Positions 9,181 to 12,514 of a stretch of DNA of 12,514 nt are shown one piece after another. Under the pieces are notes generated by a model that searched no databases, had not been told where the DNA came from, and saw only the letters and a program-made list of their open reading frames with translations. Numbering within the stretch: the first letter of the stretch is position 1; each line of letters begins with the position of its first letter. The position numbers were made by a program, and so were the translations under genes. The stretch is taken from NCBI GenBank assembly GCA_020348445.1, contig CP070751.1:1314055-1326568 (forward strand). The letters run 5' to 3'. This DNA is from Thermoplasmata archaeon (GTDB lineage Archaea; Thermoplasmatota; Thermoplasmata; GCA-020350865).

Positions 9181-9626
9181 GTGAATATATTGACACAAGC
9201 GTTGTAGTGAAATGGTTCAGGGAAGGTGAAGATCACCGAGACGAATCGCTAAAACTGCGTGAGCGTATAATAAACTTCGATTGCGAATTTATAATGTCGT
9301 TTTTTGGTGTAATGGAATTGGTAAGGGCTCTCGTGAAAAATAAATATCCGAAAGATAAAATCGAGGACGCTTTTCAGAGTATGATGGATTTGTACAAGAT
9401 TGATGCAATAAAAAGCGTAGGGATTGAGGAGGCTCTATATCGAGCCAAGGATATTTCTATAGAGCTAAATCTTTTTGCAGGTGATGCTCTTCATCTGGCA
9501 TCGGCGATACAATGTGGATGTAAAATATTCTGGTCAGAAGACAAACATCATTTGAAGGCTTCTACAATAAAATTCATGAAGCGATATAACATAGAGATAA
9601 GGTCACTCTCACAGATTAAAATATAG
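9177..9626 (+). CDS. vapC: PIN-domain ribonuclease toxin, VapC-like
   Basis: YIDTSVVVKW...MELVRAL...GDALHLASA...SEDKH acidic PIN motifs; 149 aa; translationally coupled to the RHH gene. Confidence 0.88.
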   Translation: MSEYIDTSVVVKWFREGEDHRDESLKLRERIINFDCEFIMSFFGVMELVRALVKNKYPKDKIEDAFQSMMDLYKIDAIKSVGIEEALYRAKDISIELNLFAGDALHLASAIQCGCKIFWSEDKHHLKASTIKFMKRYNIEIRSLSQIKI

Positions 9627-9671
9627 AGAACACTCATGAGAGCTTAATTAAATAGAATTCTTGGACTTTTA

Positions 9672-9890
9672 ATTTCACAAAAGGCTCTGCCCTTTTAATC
9701 CCCAAAATTTAGTAACTAAGAATTATTTAGATACGTTCTACCGAGGGGTCACACCCCTCTAACCCCATTTAAAATTACTACCAAACGTCCAGGGGGAGAA
9801 ATCCCCCTGTAATCCCCTTTTTTTTTATAGCCTCCCTTGTCGGCTGACCGAATAGGAAAATTTCCGAAGGGCTATTCCCCTTCTAATTCC
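9672..9890 (+). repeat. Cluster of four mini-hairpin+TAA(T/C)(C/T)CC motifs
   Basis: AAAAGGC-TCT-GCCCTTT-TAATCCCC (9679-9703), whose flanks match the 6587/6654 copies; GAGGGGT-CAC-ACCCCTC-TAACCCC (9743-9766); CAGGGGGA-GAAA-TCCCCCTG-TAATCCCC (9790-9817); GAAGGG-CTATTC-CCCTTC-TAATTCC (9866-9890). Confidence 0.85.
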
Positions 9891-9937
9891 GCAAAAGAAT
9901 ATAAACGGGGAATTACATTATCACTTGGGCGATAGCA

Positions 9938-10270
9938 ATGGAAGAACGCCATAAGGAATTTAGGAAATGCAGAAAGGTGATAAAGATCTGGTTGAAAAAA
10001 GGGAGAGCTGAGGCTCAGAAGATCCCGGGTGCTAAAAAGTATATCTGGAATCTTGAGGCCAATCACTATGTTACCTTTGACGGCTCCCAATTGTTTGTAG
10101 AGGAATTTACTGATGTTACAGTTCCTCTCATGGTACTATGCGGAACAGGATACGTTAAGCGCGAGGAAACCGAAATAGGATATATTTATATTCCTAACGG
10201 TGATTACAGAAAATTCTTTGCTGACATCCTACCAAGGGCTCTGCCCTCTAACCCCGAAAAAAAATTATAA
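9938..10270 (+). CDS. Hypothetical protein (110 aa), possibly a captured or truncated gene fragment
   Basis: Protein-like composition with no recognisable family and no clear RBS. The frame is open from 9905, and the last codons run through a hairpin motif (10234-10255). Confidence 0.5.
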   Translation: MEERHKEFRKCRKVIKIWLKKGRAEAQKIPGAKKYIWNLEANHYVTFDGSQLFVEEFTDVTVPLMVLCGTGYVKREETEIGYIYIPNGDYRKFFADILPRALPSNPEKKL

Positions 10271-10321
10271 ATTAATAATTACTATAGACGTTCTTACGAG
10301 GGGCTACTCCCCTCTAACCCC
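10234..10321 (+). repeat. Pair of mini-hairpin+TAACCCC motifs, a direct repeat of the pair at 9679-9766
   Basis: AGGGC-TCT-GCCCT-C-TAACCCC (10235-10255) and ACGTTCT..GAGGGG-CTACT-CCCCTC-TAACCCC (stem 10298-10314); 66-bp spacing versus 64 bp in the 9679-9766 pair. Confidence 0.8.
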
Positions 10322-10410
10322 AAAATGAAATTTTTCATTACCTTTCCGGTCTGAGGCTTAAGACGATCCTGTTGTCTTATCATAACCCGCCAGGCTCCCC
10401 ATTCCCGCAG

Positions 10411-10585
10411 CCAAAAAACCGCCCCCATCCTCCAAATCCGGCAAAAATCCCCAGATTCCCGTAACACATACCCCCTCTACTCGGCCAAAAACCGAATCCA
10501 CCTCCCGAATCCGGCAAAAAACCCCAGATTCCCACCACACATACCCCCTCTGCAAGGCCCAGAAACCCCCCAAATCGCGGGATTA
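10411..10585 (+). repeat. C/A-rich conserved non-coding block, copy B (two ~73-74 bp tandem units plus conserved tail)
   Basis: Units start CCAAAAA(A)CCG at 10411 and 10485; ACACATACCCCCTCT at 10464 and 10537; tail 10527-10585 is 58/59 identical to 6861-6919. Confidence 0.9.
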
Positions 10586-10634
10586 TAAGGGCTCACCCAG
10601 TGCACCAAAATCCATCTCCGAACCACAATCCACC

Positions 10635-10793
10635 AACCCCCGCAGATGGCATGCCAAATACGAGCGTTAAAAAGACAAAACCATGTGCCAAATACGGGAG
10701 GTGAGCCCTGAAATTGGTGCCAACTGCGAGCGTTAGATGGCATGCCAATTACGAGCGTTAACTCCCGCAGATGGCATGCCAATTACGAGCGTT
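10635..10793 (+). promoter_or_regulatory. Array of 17-bp sites (consensus TGCCAANTRCGRGCGTT); putative operator/iteron/end-binding sites of copy 3
   Basis: Direct units at 10652, 10686, 10718, 10743, 10777; inverted units at 10635-10651 and 10760-10776; palindromic cores TGGCATGCCA. Function is inferred. Confidence 0.75.
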
Positions 10794-10825
10794 GATATCA
10801 AATAAGTCCAGGACAATTCCCTGTT

Positions 10826-11794
10826 ATGTCCAAGAAGAAAACCCTAACAACAATGTTCGAGGATTTTCACGAGGAGCGCCCCTCATGCCCTAAATGCTCA
10901 TCATCTGAATACGTTATCAAGTCTGGCAGTCGAACAGTCCGAGAAGAAACAGTTCCTTTATACTTTTGTAAATCCTGCCAAAAGCGGTTTTCGGACCGTA
11001 AGCTCAGTCACACCTCTTATTCACCAAAGCTCATTCTTTCAGCGCTAACATACTATAATATGGGCCACACATTAGATATGACAGTAAGAACCATGCGCAG
11101 AAGATACAAAACAAAAATACCCATTACAACCCTTAGAAACTGGATCAAGCGTTATGGAGAAGAGCTTCCATTCACCAAACTAAGAAAAAAATACACCCTT
11201 GACCCCAACCAGACAATTAAAACAAGGCGCCTCTTCCACCTCCAACCCTACCTCTTCCGAGTTCACACCCTCAAACTCAACATCAAAGGCAAGCAGTTCC
11301 CAGAACTAAAGCAGTACATCAACAATATGCTGAGCAATCCAATGGACCACCTTTTCCAGTCTAAGAAGGTCCTAAGAGTGTCAGAACTTGCAAACACAAT
11401 CGCCCTCCCAAAACCAAATATCAGATCAGTAAAAGACAGCCCGGCCTGTCGGATGACGGACCTAGCATTGGAACTTGCTAAGACAAATTCAGAGAGACAT
11501 CAGAAGGTGGAGGAGTTCTTCCTGGTAAACGACTCGGCGATAGTAGCAGTAGAAGTTCCAGTCTACCTAACAGAAAAGGAATCAGAATACCACAAACCTC
11601 TCACAGGCCACATAGACCTCATCCAGGTCAGAAGCAACCGCGTACATATCATGGACTACAAGCCCGACACGAGCGGGAATGTTGTAAACCAACTTCTATT
11701 ATACGCAAAATGTCTTAAAAAGAGGACAAGACTGACAAATATCATATGTGGGTATTTTGACAAAAATGCTTATTTTCAATTTAAACCCCCCTGA
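10826..11794 (+). CDS. Zn-ribbon (IS1 InsA-like) + HTH + PD-(D/E)XK (RecB-like) nuclease protein, copy 3, intact
   Basis: CPKC-x-VIKSG-x-CKSC Zn ribbon; HTH ending TTLRNWIKRY; C-terminal E-VPV, GHIDL, DYK and QLLLY motifs; 322 aa. Confidence 0.9.
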   Translation: MSKKKTLTTMFEDFHEERPSCPKCSSSEYVIKSGSRTVREETVPLYFCKSCQKRFSDRKLSHTSYSPKLILSALTYYNMGHTLDMTVRTMRRRYKTKIPITTLRNWIKRYGEELPFTKLRKKYTLDPNQTIKTRRLFHLQPYLFRVHTLKLNIKGKQFPELKQYINNMLSNPMDHLFQSKKVLRVSELANTIALPKPNIRSVKDSPACRMTDLALELAKTNSERHQKVEEFFLVNDSAIVAVEVPVYLTEKESEYHKPLTGHIDLIQVRSNRVHIMDYKPDTSGNVVNQLLLYAKCLKKRTRLTNIICGYFDKNAYFQFKPP

Positions 11795-11823
11795 TAAACG
11801 ATCCTGCAAATAATAACGGTAGA

Positions 11824-11831
11824 TTTATAAA
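11824..11831 (+). promoter_or_regulatory. Putative TATA box for the DUF5678-like/protease pair
   Basis: TTTATAAA ending 32 nt before ATG 11864. Confidence 0.45.
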
Positions 11832-11863
11832 GCAAGAAGGAAATAGACATAATTGGTATATTT

Positions 11864-12082
11864 ATGAAAATCAAGACTATACTAGAGAATCACAAGGACA
11901 GGTGGCTAGCTATTAGAGTGAGCCGGTTCGGTGAGAATAACATCCCATTGGAAGGGGAACTGATAGCGGAGGACGAGGATCGGGAAAAGCTCTGGAAAAA
12001 GGTCCCCCAAAGCAAGAAGAAAGCGATTTATATCCTGTTTTCTGGGGATTATCTAGAAGAAGGATACGCCGCGGCGTTCTAA
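11864..12082 (+). CDS. Small DUF5678-like protein
   Basis: 72 aa with the pattern H/YxxRWxAI...ELIAEDEDREKLWKKV; directly upstream of a retropepsin-like protease, the typical context of this family. Assignment is from recognition, not a search. Confidence 0.6.
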   Translation: MKIKTILENHKDRWLAIRVSRFGENNIPLEGELIAEDEDREKLWKKVPQSKKKAIYILFSGDYLEEGYAAAF

Positions 12083-12094
12083 AGTGGAATTTTT

Positions 12095-12481
12095 ATGAGA
12101 TTCAATATTGATAGGAGTGAACCTTTAATTGTTTTACCTGTGGGATTAGTTGGCAAATCCGCCAAGTATATCGTGAACATGGCTTTAGATACGGGTGCGA
12201 CATTTGTTATGATCCCATGGGATGTGGCTGAGCGCCTGGGATATGACCCAGCAATAAGCGATGATAGGATATCCATAACCACAGCAAGTACAGTTGAGAA
12301 AGTTCCCCTTATTACCCTTGAAGAGATAGACGTTCTAGGACAGTCGTTAAAGAATGTTAAAGTGGCGGTTCATGATCTGCCTGCGAAAAGTAGGGTTGAC
12401 GGTCTTTTAGGTTTAAGTTTCCTGAATAACTTTAATCTTAATTTAATGTTCAAAAAGGGATACCTTGAACTGGAAGAATGA
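12095..12481 (+). CDS. Retropepsin-like (clan AA) single-domain aspartic protease
   Basis: Catalytic ALDTGA, flap ITTAS and C-terminal DGLLGLSFL motifs; 128 aa. Confidence 0.88.
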   Translation: MRFNIDRSEPLIVLPVGLVGKSAKYIVNMALDTGATFVMIPWDVAERLGYDPAISDDRISITTASTVEKVPLITLEEIDVLGQSLKNVKVAVHDLPAKSRVDGLLGLSFLNNFNLNLMFKKGYLELEE

Positions 12482-12514
12482 AGCATAAATATAATAAGGC
12501 GAAATCGTATTTTG

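Larger units (their letters stand above)
6587..9660 (+). mobile_element. Module 2 of a tandem array of putative cargo-carrying elements (leader + nuclease gene + pRiA4b-like/VapBC cargo); boundaries approximate
   Basis: Same leader+gene backbone as at 10234-11794, with unrelated cargo behind each copy. Mobility itself is inferred; no TSD was identified. Confidence 0.5.
10234..12514 (+). mobile_element. Module 3 of the tandem array (leader + intact nuclease gene + DUF5678-like/aspartic protease cargo); right end probably outside the window
   Basis: Hairpin pair, C-rich block, site array and gene occur in the same order as in module 2, with the same spacing from the C-rich block onward. Confidence 0.5.

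Noticed and set aside
10826-11794. Cas4 or casposon gene
   Set aside because: It lacks the Cas4 Fe-S cysteine pattern (one N-terminal plus three C-terminal Cys); the cysteines form an N-terminal Zn ribbon. No Cas1 or PolB in the window.

Overview
Probably archaeal (inferred from TATA/BRE-like promoters, a GGTGAT RBS and a PKD-rich secreted protein; Thermoplasmatota-like is a guess). All supported genes are on the + strand. The window is a tandem array of three related modules, each built around a paralogous ~320-340 aa protein with an IS1-InsA-like Zn ribbon, an HTH, a conserved central domain and a RecB-like PD-(D/E)XK nuclease domain, but no DDE transposase or recombinase. Copy 1 (<1-718) is cut by the window edge, copy 2 (7161-8177) has an in-frame amber stop, and copy 3 (10826-11794) is intact. 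Copies 2 and 3 share a ~550 bp non-coding leader: mini-hairpin+TAAYCCC motifs, a C/A-rich block (58/59 nt identical core), and an array of 17-bp sites. The sites have identical spacing (34/32/25/34 bp) in both copies but a different, internally co-varying sequence. Each gene is followed by different cargo: (1) a 1800-aa secreted PKD/TSP3-repeat protein ending in a CLCA-like zinc protease domain; (2) a pRiA4b ORF3-like gene, a VapBC-type TA pair and a small repeat-flanked ORF; (3) a DUF5678-like gene plus a retropepsin-like aspartic protease. Best interpretation (inference): an uncharacterised family of cargo-carrying mobile or cassette elements that accumulate in tandem, each with its own protein/DNA-site specificity.
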